A stretch of 52,433 nt of DNA, filler included, from Squatina squatina (lineage: Eukaryota), in the NCBI GenBank assembly GCA_031763465.1. It is 3 parts of 3 records of this genome, joined end to end, with 100 filler letters (N's around TTAATTAATTAA, not from the genome) between each part and the next. Parts side by side here need not be neighbours in the genome. Positions count along the whole stretch, not along the records: positions 22,812 to 38,964 come from JARFOE010000222.1; positions 39,065 to 52,433 come from JARFOE010875429.1; 1 more part is not named here. One strand, written 5' to 3'. Shown here in pieces: positions 37,191 through 47,821 of this stretch. Every line of letters starts with the position of its first letter. Position 1 is the first letter of the stretch. A program made the translations under genes and the position numbers. A model generated the notes under the pieces. That model was not told the origin of the DNA. It made no database searches and worked only from the letters and a program-made list of their open reading frames with translations.

Positions 37191-37320
37191 CATAGTTGAG
37201 NNNNNNNNNNGAAGTGCGTTCTGAAAAGGTCTCCAAATCCTCCTTGGCCTGGACGGAAAGGCAGAGGTGTGTACAAGTGCAGCCCTCCAGCCCAGTATGC
37301 TTCACCACCAAGGTAGTCCC
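37191..37320 (-). CDS. SAMM50: SAMM50 internal exon interrupted by a 10-N gap
   Basis: Reads (G)[36 protein letters not shown]-[N10]-LNY(G), with acceptor atgctag and donor gtatgg. The gap replaces the expected FLNAGNLCN (about 27 nt). Confidence 0.93.
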
Positions 37321-37886
37321 CTAGCATAATGGAGAAAGGAGAGAATTAAACCTCATCACATGATATACATTCTAAACAATTAAACTCAAAAACTATTCAG
37401 CTTCTGAATTTTAACAGCCGTTGTCATAAATATTTACAGAAACCTGAAATATACATGCATTTTTNNNNNNNNNNNNNNNNNNNNNNNNNNNNNNNNNNNN
37501 NNNNNNNNNNNNNNNNNNNNNNNNNNNNNNNNNNNNNNNNNNNNNNNNNNNNNNNNNNNNNNNNAAATGTAGTCATTAACCATAAGTTATAAAGGACTTT
37601 CAAAGCAGAGATTGTTGTGTGAAAGTTGGAAGAGTAGTCAGGAGTTTAATTAATGAGAGGTAAAATTTGTAAAGCATATCACGGCTGTTAGTTCATGGCT
37701 TAGGTCCCTGAGCCGGGGAGAATTAACTCCCAGTACACAGGGCAGAGATAATACACATGCAGGGGCAGTTAAACTCAAATGAAAAAAGGATAACTGAAGA
37801 AATCTGGAAGTTTTACAGCATGTTGTACAGTAAAGTAGAGTACGAGTGCTCGGATAATTGTTATAAGAGTTTCTTTGAAGGTTTAC

Positions 37887-38015
37887 CGAAATTGATGATT
37901 TGAGTGAGTGACCACTTTCTTCCCGAACGCAAAAGGATGCTGTGCGAGACAGAGAGCCCAGCTCCCTCCAAACTCCCTCCCATTTCAGAGTGTGATGGGT
38001 CTTCCATATTGGAAA
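37887..38015 (-). CDS. SAMM50: SAMM50 internal exon
   Basis: 129-nt exon (cttcttgtag / gtaaac) reading [43 protein letters not shown]. Confidence 0.93.
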
Positions 38016-38647
38016 CTACAAGAAGAAGATAGATGTTTACATTAGCACCTGAAGAGTACTATATTACAGTTCTAAAACCAAACAATTATTCTGTACTGTA
38101 CTGATTCTCAAAATTCTCTCAGTCCATTTAGCTTGCCTGCATAATGGTCTGAACAACCTTCTGAATTATGCATGTTTAAGATCGGAGTTAGCTGTGACTT
38201 AGGGAATAACCTACTTTGGGCCTAGAGGAAAAGGAAAGAGAGAATCAGCCAATAAGTCTTAGTCAGACTCAATCTTCACAATAGTTCAGAAAAAGAATCC
38301 TGTTATGGTTAATAAATAGCAGCAGCTGCCTCTTGAAAATAGATCCCACTATAAATTTACAGTGAATATTTTCAATGGTTCCCACATCAGGATCTTTGTA
38401 ATGTTTAAATATTGTGCAGTGGTATCTCTAATCTCAGTAAAACTTCAACTGATTCAATTTCTCTACCAGTTTCTTTACTATCACTAATCATGCTGACACA
38501 TAACTATATTGGTGCTTATAAAATTCTATTTTCTGACAGCTAGCAATATTACACAGTGCTTCCTTACAAACAAACAATAGTATTTGTACTCATCCACGTT
38601 AAACATTACTGCTAAGATTATCAGTTAAAACAGTGTTTCATCCTTAC

Positions 38648-38735
38648 ATTGTATTCAGTTGAGACCCCTCTATCAGTCTCACGAAGCGAGCTCCAGGGAA
38701 ACTGCCCAGTCACCTTATACAAGTTAACAGAAAAA
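38648..38735 (-). CDS. SAMM50: SAMM50 internal exon
   Basis: 88-nt exon (tttttag / gtaagg) reading [29 protein letters not shown]. Splices in frame to the 37887-38015 exon. Confidence 0.93.
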
Positions 38736-38964
38736 CTAAAAAAATATATATTTCAATTGATGATTGAACCTTTCGTTTACACCATGAACTATTTACTTTG
38801 TTTGAACACAATACTGGAGTTTCATTAACATCTTTAAGTATCCCTTTATTTTTCACTGAGAAACAGCCATAAAACCGATATTTCCCAATCTGAGTTATAT
38901 AGTGTCCCATTCCCCTCTCCACCTCCACCATCCGCCGGGTGGAGAGAAAGTAGGGAGCAGTACT

Positions 38965-39064
38965 NNNNNNNNNNNNNNNNNNNNNNNNNNNNNNNNNNNN
39001 NNNNNNNNTTAATTAATTAANNNNNNNNNNNNNNNNNNNNNNNNNNNNNNNNNNNNNNNNNNNN
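38965..39064. other. Artificial scaffold-concatenation spacer
   Basis: 44 N + TTAATTAATTAA (39009-39020) + 44 N, identical in design to the spacer at 22712. Confidence 0.95.
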
Positions 39065-42000
39065 TACTTGATGTGGTACTGAGACCAAGACACAAATCAG
39101 TAAGTTTCCAGGCTCCCTGCAGCCCTGTGCTGAGTTTGCTGCCCTCATCTGGTGTGGTACTGAGCCCCACACACAAAGTCGGAGTATCCCAGGCGACATG
39201 CAACGCCTGTGCCCAGAGAGCTGCCCTCTCTCACATTGTGAGTTGCAGAACTCCAGAGAGAGTGCACCATGATCCCAGGTTCCATTCCAGACGTGTGCCC
39301 AGTGAGGTGCTCTCTCAAGCCATGTGGTTCTGAGCTCCACACACACAGCTCCCTCTCTCAATCAGTGTGGTACTTAACCCGACGGACGGGGCTGGGAGAT
39401 CAGAGACAACAAGCCCGGCCTGGGCCCAGTGAGCTGCACTCTCTCCTCCAGTGAGGTACACTGGGCAGGATGATCTCAGGCTCTCTCCCCGAAATAAGTC
39501 AAGTGAGCTGCCGCCTCTCACCCAATTTGGTACCAAGTGCAGACTAGGAGCAGGAAGATCGCAGGGTCCATGCCCGGCCTGTGACCAGTGAGCTGCCCTC
39601 TCTCCTCCTGTGTGGAGCTTTGCTCAGAACATAGAGTAGGAAGATAACAGGCGCCATGTCAGGCCTCTTCCCAGTGAGCTGACCTCTTTCACCTGGTGAG
39701 GGGCTGATACCCACACATGGCGGAGGAAGATCGGAGACTCCCTGGCCGGCCTCTGCGCCGTGAGCCGCCCTCTCTCATCTCGTGTGGTGCTGAGCCCGAA
39801 AGACAGAGCAGGAAGATAACAGAATCCATGTCCAGCCTGAGCACAGTGAGCTGTCCTCTCTCATCTCGTGTGGTGCAGAGCCCGAAACACAGAGCAGGAA
39901 GACACCAGGGTCCATTTCCAGCCTGAGCACAGTAGGCTGCCCTCTCACATCCCGTGTGATGCTTCGCTCGGAATATGGAGCAGGATGATCCCAGGATCCA
40001 TGCTCGGCCTGTGCGCAGTGAGTTGCCCTCGCTCACCCAGAGTGGTTCTGATCACATACACACGCAGAGCAGGATGATCCCAGGCACCATGCAAGGACTG
40101 TGCCTTGTGACCCTCACACCCTCACCCGCTGTGCTACTGAGCCCCACAAATGGAGCAGAAGGATCCCAGGCTCCATGCTCGCCCTTTGCCCAGTGTGTCT
40201 CCCTCTCCCACATGGTGTGGCACTGACCCCAATGCACATGGCAAGAAGAGGCCAGCTCCAGGCACGGCCTGTGAACAGTGAGCGGCCTCTCACAGCTGGT
40301 GTGGTGCAGGACCCCACAAACTGAACAGGAAAATCTTAAGCTACATGCCTCGGCTGTGACCAGTGAGCTGCCCTCCGTCATGCGGTGTGATACTGAGCCC
40401 CATAATAGGTGCAGGATGACCCCCGGCTCCATGCTCCGCCTGTGTCCAGCGAGATACTCTTACATACGTTAGTACTAAGCCTCAGATCCAGAGAGCAGCA
40501 AGATCCCCGGCTCTATGCTCCACTTTTGTCCAGTGAGATACACTCACACAGGTTGTGACTGAGACGTCAACACACAAAGCAGGAAGGCGCCAGTCTCCAG
40601 GCCCAAACTATGCCCAGCCGTTTGCCCTCCCTCATCCAGTGTGGTACTGATCCTTCGTCAGAGCAGCAAGATACCAGGCTGCCTCACCGGACGGTTAAAC
40701 ATAAGCTGCCCATCCTCAGCCGCTGTGGCACTGAGCCCCACAAGAAGAGGAGGAACATCTAAAGCTCCAGGCCTGGTCTGTGCCCAGTGATCTGCCCTCT
40801 CTCAACAGGTGTGGTCTGAGCCCCACAAACGTGTCAGGAAGATGGCAGGCTCCATGCCCTGCCTGTGTCCAGTTTGATGCCTTCACCGGGGGTGGTGCTT
40901 ACCAGCACAGACACTGAGCAGGGAGAGCAAAGGCTCCATGCCTGGCCTGTGTCCAATGTGCTGTCCTCTCTGACCTGATGTGGTACAGAGCCACAAAGAG
41001 ACACAGAGTTTGAACGACTCAAGAACCATGCATGGCATGTGCCCAGTGAGCTGCTCTCTCTCGCCCAGTTTGCTCGTGAGCCCCAACACACGGGGCGGGA
41101 AGATCCCATGTTCATGTCCCGCCAGTGTCCAGTGAGGTGTGCTCTCTGACCTGATGTGTTATTGAGCACCACACATGGAGCAAAACGGTCGCAACCTCCA
41201 TGCATTGATTGCGCCCAGTGAGCTTCCTTCTTGTGGAGAGGTTGTCAGATCCAGAAACAGAGCAGGAATATCCCAGGATCAATGCTGCGCCTGTGTCCAG
41301 TGAAATGCCCTCACCCGGGGTGGTACTGAGCCACAAAAACAGTGAGCAGGAGGATCCTAGGCTCCAGGCCGGGCCTACGCGCACTGGGCTAACCTCTCTC
41401 ACCTGGTCCCACACAGACAGAGCTTCAAAGACAAAGAATCCGTGCACGGCTAGTGCCCATTGAGGTTCCCTCTCTCACNNNNNNNNNNNNNNNNNNNNNN
41501 NNNNNNNNNNNNNNNNNNNNNNNNNNNNNNNNNNNNNNNNNNNNNNNNNNNNNNNNNNNNNNNNNNNNNNNNNNNNNNACAGTATCGTACTGAGCCACAC
41601 ACACGGGGCGGAAAGATCGCAGTCTCCATGCGCTGCTGTGTGCAGTGCGATGTCCTCTCTCACACAGTATCGTACTGAGCCACACACACGGGGCGGAAAG
41701 ATCGCAGTCTCCATGCGCTGCTGTGTGCAGTGCGATGTCCCCTCTCACCCGCTGTGATACTGAGGCACACACAGGGAAAGAAGATCCTGGGATCTGATCC
41801 CAGCCTGTGCCCAGTGAGCTATTCTCTCCCACATGTTGTCTTTGTCAGCCCCACGCTCGGAGCACAAATATCCCAAACTACATGCCCGGCCTGTGCCCAC
41901 TGAGCTATTCTCTCTCACCGACTGTACTACTGAGCCCCACAAACAGAACAGGAAGATCCCAATCTCCATGCCCGGCCTGTGCCCAGTGAGCTATTCTCTC

Positions 42001-42954
42001 TCACCCACTGTACTACTGAGCCCCACAAACAGAACAGGAATATCCCAAACTACATGCCCGTCCAGTGCCCAGTGAGCTGCCATCTTTCACATGGTGCCAG
42101 ACAGAGCACCACGTAAGCTGCAGGATGACCCCAGGCTCCATGCACGACCTTGAACACTCAGCTTCCCTCTCATACTCGGTGTGATAATCAGTCCCACACA
42201 CAGAGCTGGAAGATGCCTGGCATCATGCCCCCTGTGTCGAATCCCCAACCCTCTCTCACCGGGGCTCCTTGCTTCAAGCCCAGTGTCTGCCCATTTAGTA
42301 TCACTCTCTCACCATTTGTGGGTCTGAGCTCCAAACACAGTCCGGAAGATCACAGGCTCCGTGCCTGGGCTGCGCCCAGTAAGCTGACATCGCTCACCCA
42401 AAGTGGCACTCTGCCGGGCAAACACACAGCAGGAACATGCAACGTTTCATGCTTGAGCTCTGCTCAGTGAGATGTCCTCTATCTCACGGAGTGATAATCA
42501 GACCCACATGTTGAGCAGGATGATCCCAGGCTCCATTCCTCTCTGTGCTCAGTGTGCCACACCTTCCCACCCGATGTGGGCCTGAGCCCCACACACGGGG
42601 CACGGAGCTTTCACACACAATATCCGGCCTGTGGAAAGTGAGCTGTACTCTCTCATTCAGTGCTTTGCTGAGCCCCACACATGGGGCAGCAAGGTCACAG
42701 GCTCCATGCCTGGGCTATTCCAAGTGAGCTGCCGTCTCTCACCCAGTGTGATATTTTATCCTTTTCCAGAGCAGCAAGATCCCACTCTCCAGGCCAGGTC
42801 TGTGATAAGTGAGCTGCCTCTCAAACCATGTGGTACTGAGCCCAAAAACTGAGCAGGAAAGTCACAAGCTCCATGCATCGGCAACGCACAGTGAGCTGAG
42901 CATAACAACTTGGGAAGGAGGAGCCGGGCTCCGTGCCCTGTCTGTGCCCAGTCG

Positions 42955-43295
42955 GTTGGGATGGATGGCAGGGGAATCGAGAAGCAGGGGTCACAGCCTA
43001 AGGATACGGGGTAAGCCACTTAAGACTGAGATGAGGAGCCATTTCTTCACCCAGAGGGTTTTGAACCTGAGGAATTCTCTACCACAGATGGCAGTTAAGG
43101 ACAAATCATTAAATATATTCAGGAAGGACTTAGATATAGCTCTTCGGGCTAAAGGGAGCAAGAGAAATGGGGAGACAGCAGGAAGAGGGTTCTGAATTTG
43201 GTTAATCAGCCATGATCATATTGGATGGCGGAGCAGGCTCAAAGGGCTAAGGGACTACTTCTGTTCCCAGTCTCTATCTTTCTATGTTTCTATAT
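42955..43295 (+). mobile_element. 5'-truncated CR1 LINE inserted in the satellite
   Basis: Encodes GESRSRGHSLRIRGKPLKTEMRSHFFTQRVLNL (CR1 ORF2 C-terminus) and ends in a TTTCTATG repeat tail. The satellite unit resumes in register after it. Confidence 0.9.
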
Positions 43296-44384
43296 TGTCC
43301 TCCCTCACCCGACGTGGTACTGAGCCCCACACAGAGCATGAATATCCTCGTCTACATGTGCGGACTGTGCCCAGCGAGCTGCACTCTCTCACATGGTGAT
43401 CTACCGCGACCCACATACTGGGCACTAGGCTACCAGGTTTAATGCCCCAACTGAGTCCAGTGAGATGCCCTTATCCATGGTGGGACTGATCCCCACACAC
43501 ACAAGGCATGATTTTCCAGGCTTCCTGCACGGCCTGTGCCCAATTAACTGCCCTCTCTCACACAGTGTGTTACTGAGCCTAACACAGCGGAGTTATAGCC
43601 TAGGGTACATGGCAAGGATGTGCACAATGATGTGCCCTCTCTCACCCGGTGTAGTACTGAGACCCATACACAGAGCATGAAGTTCCCCACTTCCATGCAC
43701 GGCTTGTGACCATTCAGTTCATATCACTCACATCCTATATTACTGAGACCCACACACGGAGAAGAAGCCTCCCAGGCTCTATGCACGGCCCAGCCCAGTA
43801 ATCAACCTCCTGTAACACGCTGTGGTACTGAGCCCCATACAAGGGGCAGGAAGGACCCGGTTATCTTGCCCCAGTTTTGCACAGTGAGCTGCCCTCACTC
43901 TGGCGGTGCGGCACTGAGCCCCCACTTGGTGAATGAAGGTCCCAGGCTGCGTGCCCGGCCTCTGACCAGTGACCATTCCTCTCCAACCCAGTGTGGTAAC
44001 GAGCCGCACAACCGAAGCAGGGAGATCTCAAGCTCCATTCCCGGCCTTTGTCCATTGAAATGCCCTCATTCAGGGTTGAACCGACCCTCTCACACATAGA
44101 GCAGCAAGATTTCAGGCTCCATGCTCTGCATGTGCCCAGCAGGGTTCCCTCTGTCATCCAGTGTGGTACTGAGACACTCACAGAGCAGGATGATCCCAAG
44201 CTGCATATCCTGACCGTTCCCAGTGACCTGCCCACTCTAAGCCTGTGCAGAACTGAGCCCCACAGATGAGATAGGGAAGCCGCAGGTTCCGCGCCTGGCA
44301 TTTGCCCAGTGAACTACTCTCTTGCAAAGCGGACTTCAGTCCCTCACACAGAGAAGGAAGAACTGAAACTCCAAGCTCCGCCAT

Positions 44385-44435
44385 TGTCGAAGGGCCGAAT
44401 GGCCTCAACCTGTTTCTATTGTCTATGTTTCTAAA
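44385..44435 (+). mobile_element. Very short CR1 3' tail inserted in the satellite
   Basis: tcgaagggccgaatggcct...tattgtctatgtttcta, the typical CR1 terminal hairpin plus tail. Confidence 0.75.
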
Positions 44436-46436
44436 TGCGCTGATCCACAGTGTTACTGAGCAACACACATGATGCAGGAAGGTGGCAGGCTCCAAGCTCC
44501 ACCTGTATGCAGAGCAATGCCCTCTCTCTCACCCTGTAATAATGAGCCCCACACAGAGGAAGAAGAGCCTGGGTTCCTTCCACAGCCTGTATGCAGAGCA
44601 ATGCCCTCCCTCCCACCCTGTAATTTTTAGCCACACATAGAGGAGGAAGAACCTGGTTTCCATGCCCAGAACTTGCCCAGTGAGCTGCCCCCTCTCACAT
44701 GGTGTGGTCCAAGTACGACACACGGTGCTGGAAGATCCCATGCTCCATGCTCGACCTGTGCAAAGTCGGCTTGCCCGTCTTATATGGTATGGTACTGAGG
44801 CCCACACATGGAGCAGGAAGATCCCAGTATCCATACCCAGTCTTTATTGAGTGAGCTGCCCCCTCTCTTGCAGTTTAAATCTGAGACCCACACGTAGAGC
44901 AAGAAGACCACTGGCTCCATGACATAAACAAGCCCCATGAACTGCCTTCCCTCCTGCGTTGTGGCACTGTATCCCACAAAAAATATGGAAAATCCCACTC
45001 TCCATGCCCGGCCTGTGGTCAGTGTTCTGCATCTCTCACCCGCTGTGTTAATCAATCCCAGACACAGAGAAGGATGATCCCAGACTCCATGCCTCATGTG
45101 CCCATTGAGCCACACTCACTCGCCTGATGTGGTACTGAGCTCAACACAGGGAGCAGGAGATCCCATTCTCCATGCTCTCTCTGTCTCCAGTGATGTGCCC
45201 TCTCCCTCCCAGTGTGGAACTGAGCCTCACACACAGAGCCGATGGATACCAGGCTCCATGCCAAGCCTGAGCCCAGCGAACCTCCGTCTACCTCCTGCTG
45301 CTGTATGAGCCCAGTAAAAGGGGCAGGAAGATCCCACGTTCCATACCCGGCCACGCCCAGTGAGCTGTCCTCTCTCACCCGGTTTTGTACTGAGCCCTCA
45401 CATGCAGCAGGACAATCCCAGTCTCTATGCCCGGCCTGTGACCAGTGAGCAGCCATCTCCAAACTGATGTGGTTCTATGCCCCACGAACGTGGCAGGAAG
45501 GTCCCAGTCTCCTTGTGCCGCCTATGTCCAGTGTGCTGCCTGCTCTCACCTAGTGTGGCACTGAGTCCAACAAAGTAGGCAGGGAGGACACAGGTTGCAT
45601 TCCCTGTCCTGTTCCCAGTGAGCTGCCCTCTCACTCCCTGTCTCGTTCTGAGCCCACAGACAGAGCAGGGAGATTCCAGGCTCCATTCACACCCTGTGCA
45701 CGATAAGTTGCCCCTCTCTCATTCTCAGTCTGGTTCTGACACCACAGACAGAGCACAAAGATTCCAGGCTCGATGCATAACCTGTGCACAGTGAGCTACC
45801 TCTCATACTCCCAGTGTGGTTCTGAGCCCATACACAGATCAGGAAGATTCCAGGCTCCATGAAAGACGTGGTCCCAGTGAGCTGCCTCGCTCACTCACAG
45901 CTTGGTTCTGAGCTCACACACACAGAGCATGAAGATTCCAGGCTCCGGGCACAAACTGTACACAGTGAGCTGCCTCTCTCATCCTGTGTGATATTGTGTA
46001 CCACACACAAGGCAGAAAATCCCTGGCTCCATGCACGGGTGTGGCCATTGTGCTGACTCTCTCACCAGGGTGGTACTCAATCCCGCACATAGAGCTGGAA
46101 GATCCCAGGATCCATAATCATGACCACTGCCCAGTGAGCCTCCATCTCTCACCCGCTGTGACACTTAACCATCAAACATGGCACAAGAAGATCCCAGATC
46201 CGTGCCTGGCTTGCACCAAGTGAGCTGTCCTCTCTCACCCATCGAAGTACTGAGCAGCACATTCAGAGCAGGAGTACCCAGTCTACCTGCCAGGCCTTTG
46301 CCCCTGAACCTCCCACTGTCCCCCGCTGTGCAACTGAGCCTCACACAAGGAGCAGGAGGATCCCAGACACGATGCCTGGCACGAACCAACTGAGCTGTAC
46401 TTCCTCACTCTCTGTGGTATGACAGGTAGCTCTTCT

Positions 46437-46818
46437 GTGTCCTGGCCACTGTTTCAGTGTCCTGGCTACTGTTCCAGGATCTGGGCCACTGCTTCAGTGT
46501 CAGAAAAAAAATTCAGAGTCCTGGCCACTGTTTACGGTTCCGTGCCACTCCTTCAGGTTCTGGGCCACTTATTCAGGATCCAGGCCACTATCTCAGATCC
46601 CAGGCCACGCCTTCAGTTTCCAGCACATTGTTTCAGGGTGCTGGCATCGGCTCAGAGTCCAGGCTACTCCATCAGTGTCGAGGATATGATTTCAGGGTCC
46701 TGACCACTGCTTCAGATTCCTGGCCAATGCTTCTGGGTCCGTGTCACTGATTCAGGGTCCAAGCAACTGCGTGAGGGTCCCAGCCACTCCGTCCGGACTC
46801 AGGCCACTGTTTCAGGTC
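46437..46818. repeat. Degenerate minisatellite, ~20-bp unit
   Basis: Units such as CCTGGCCACTGTTTCAGTGT, CCTGGCTACTGTTCCAGGAT and CTGGGCCACTGCTTCAGTGT at 46441, 46461 and 46481, continuing to about 46818. Confidence 0.85.
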
Positions 46819-46834
46819 AGAAACCATGTGGGTT

Positions 46835-47820
46835 TCCATGATATCACTTTCATTCTTCTAAACTCCAGTGAACTTAAGCTTGATCGAACCAATCCATCTT
46901 CATACGTGAGTCGTGCCATCCCAGAAACCGGTCTTTTGATCCTTCACTGCACTCCCTCCATAGCAAGAACATCCTTCTTCAGATAACGAGACCAACACTG
47001 CACACTGTACTCAAGGAATGGTCTCCTCAAGGCCCTGTATAATTGCACCAAGACATCCCTGCTCCTGTATTCGAATCCTTTTGCGATGATGGCCAAAATG
47101 CCTTTTGCCTTCTTAAACGCCTGCTGTCCTTTCCTGCTTACTATCAGCGACTGGTGCACAAGGAAACCCAGGTCCCGTTGCATCTCCCGCTTTCCAATCT
47201 ATCGCAGCTCAGGTAATAATCTTGCTTCGTGTTTTTCCCACCAAAGTGGATAGCCACACCTTTATCCACATTATGCTGCATCCACCAACATTTGCCCATT
47301 CACTCAACCTTTCCAAATCACAGTGGAGTTTTTCTGCATCCTCCTCACAGCTCACAATCCCACCCAGCTTTTATCATCTGCGAGCTCGGAGACATTACAT
47401 TTAATTCCCTCATCTGTATCATTATTATATATTGTGAATAACTGGAGTTCTTGCACTGATCCCTGCGGTTCCCCACTAGTCACGTCCTGCCACTTGGAAA
47501 AAGACCCGTTTATTCCTACTCTTTGATCATCTTTGCCAACCAGTTCTCTCTCCATGGAAGTACATGCACTGCAATCCCATGTGCTTTAATTTTACACACT
47601 CATCTCTTAGGTGGGGCCTTACCGAAAGCCTTCTGAAAGTCTAAATATCCAGTGTTTCAAACATATGCACGCTTAACAATTAAATCCTCAAAAAAATACC
47701 AGTGTATTTTCAAGATTGATTTCCCTTTTGTATATCCATGCTGACCTTGACCGATCTTGACACTGTTTTCCAAATTATCTGCTATTACATCTTTTATAAT
47801 CGACTTTACCATATTCCCAT
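46835..47820 (-). mobile_element. CR1 LINE ORF2 (reverse transcriptase) fragment, decayed
   Basis: Minus-strand peptides QRVGINGSFSKWQDVTSGEPQGSV and QRDLGFLVHQSL...LYRALRRPFLEYSVQCWS. Confidence 0.9.
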
Positions 47821-47821
47821 T

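Larger units (their letters stand above)
39065..46418. repeat. Degenerate tandem array (satellite), ~85-bp unit, roughly 80 copies
   Basis: Recurring unit of about GTGTGGTACTGAGCCCCACACACAGAGCAGGAAGATCCCAGGCTCCATGCCCGGCCTGTGCCCAGTGAGCTGCCCTCTCTCACCC. Measured periods are 85 nt (41581 to 41666) and 86 nt (41921 to 42007). Interrupted by CR1 3' fragments and one gap. Confidence 0.95.

Noticed and set aside
37191-37320. Frameshift or pseudogenisation of SAMM50, and exon loss in the parvin genes
   Set aside because: The disruption is a 10-N placeholder and missing exons coincide with gaps. All visible exons are intact with compatible phases.
41880-41990. HDV-like ribozyme (minus strand GGCCGGGCATGG resembles the HDV 5' end)
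   Set aside because: The similarity is limited to about 11 nt and I could not build the nested double pseudoknot. The segment is explained by the T-arm-like hairpin.
39065-46418. C2H2 zinc-finger array (minus strand gives CSVCGAQYHTGER-like words; unit near 84 bp)
   Set aside because: Measured periods are 85-86 nt, not a fixed 84. Frames shift and stop constantly, and the C-x2-C-x12-H-x3-H spacing is absent.
39065-46418. CRISPR-like array, tRNA gene cluster, or V(D)J recombination signal array (scattered CACAGTG)
   Set aside because: Whole units are homologous with no unique spacers. There is no A box or complete cloverleaf. The heptamers I checked lack a nonamer at 12/23 spacing, and no V/D/J segments are present.
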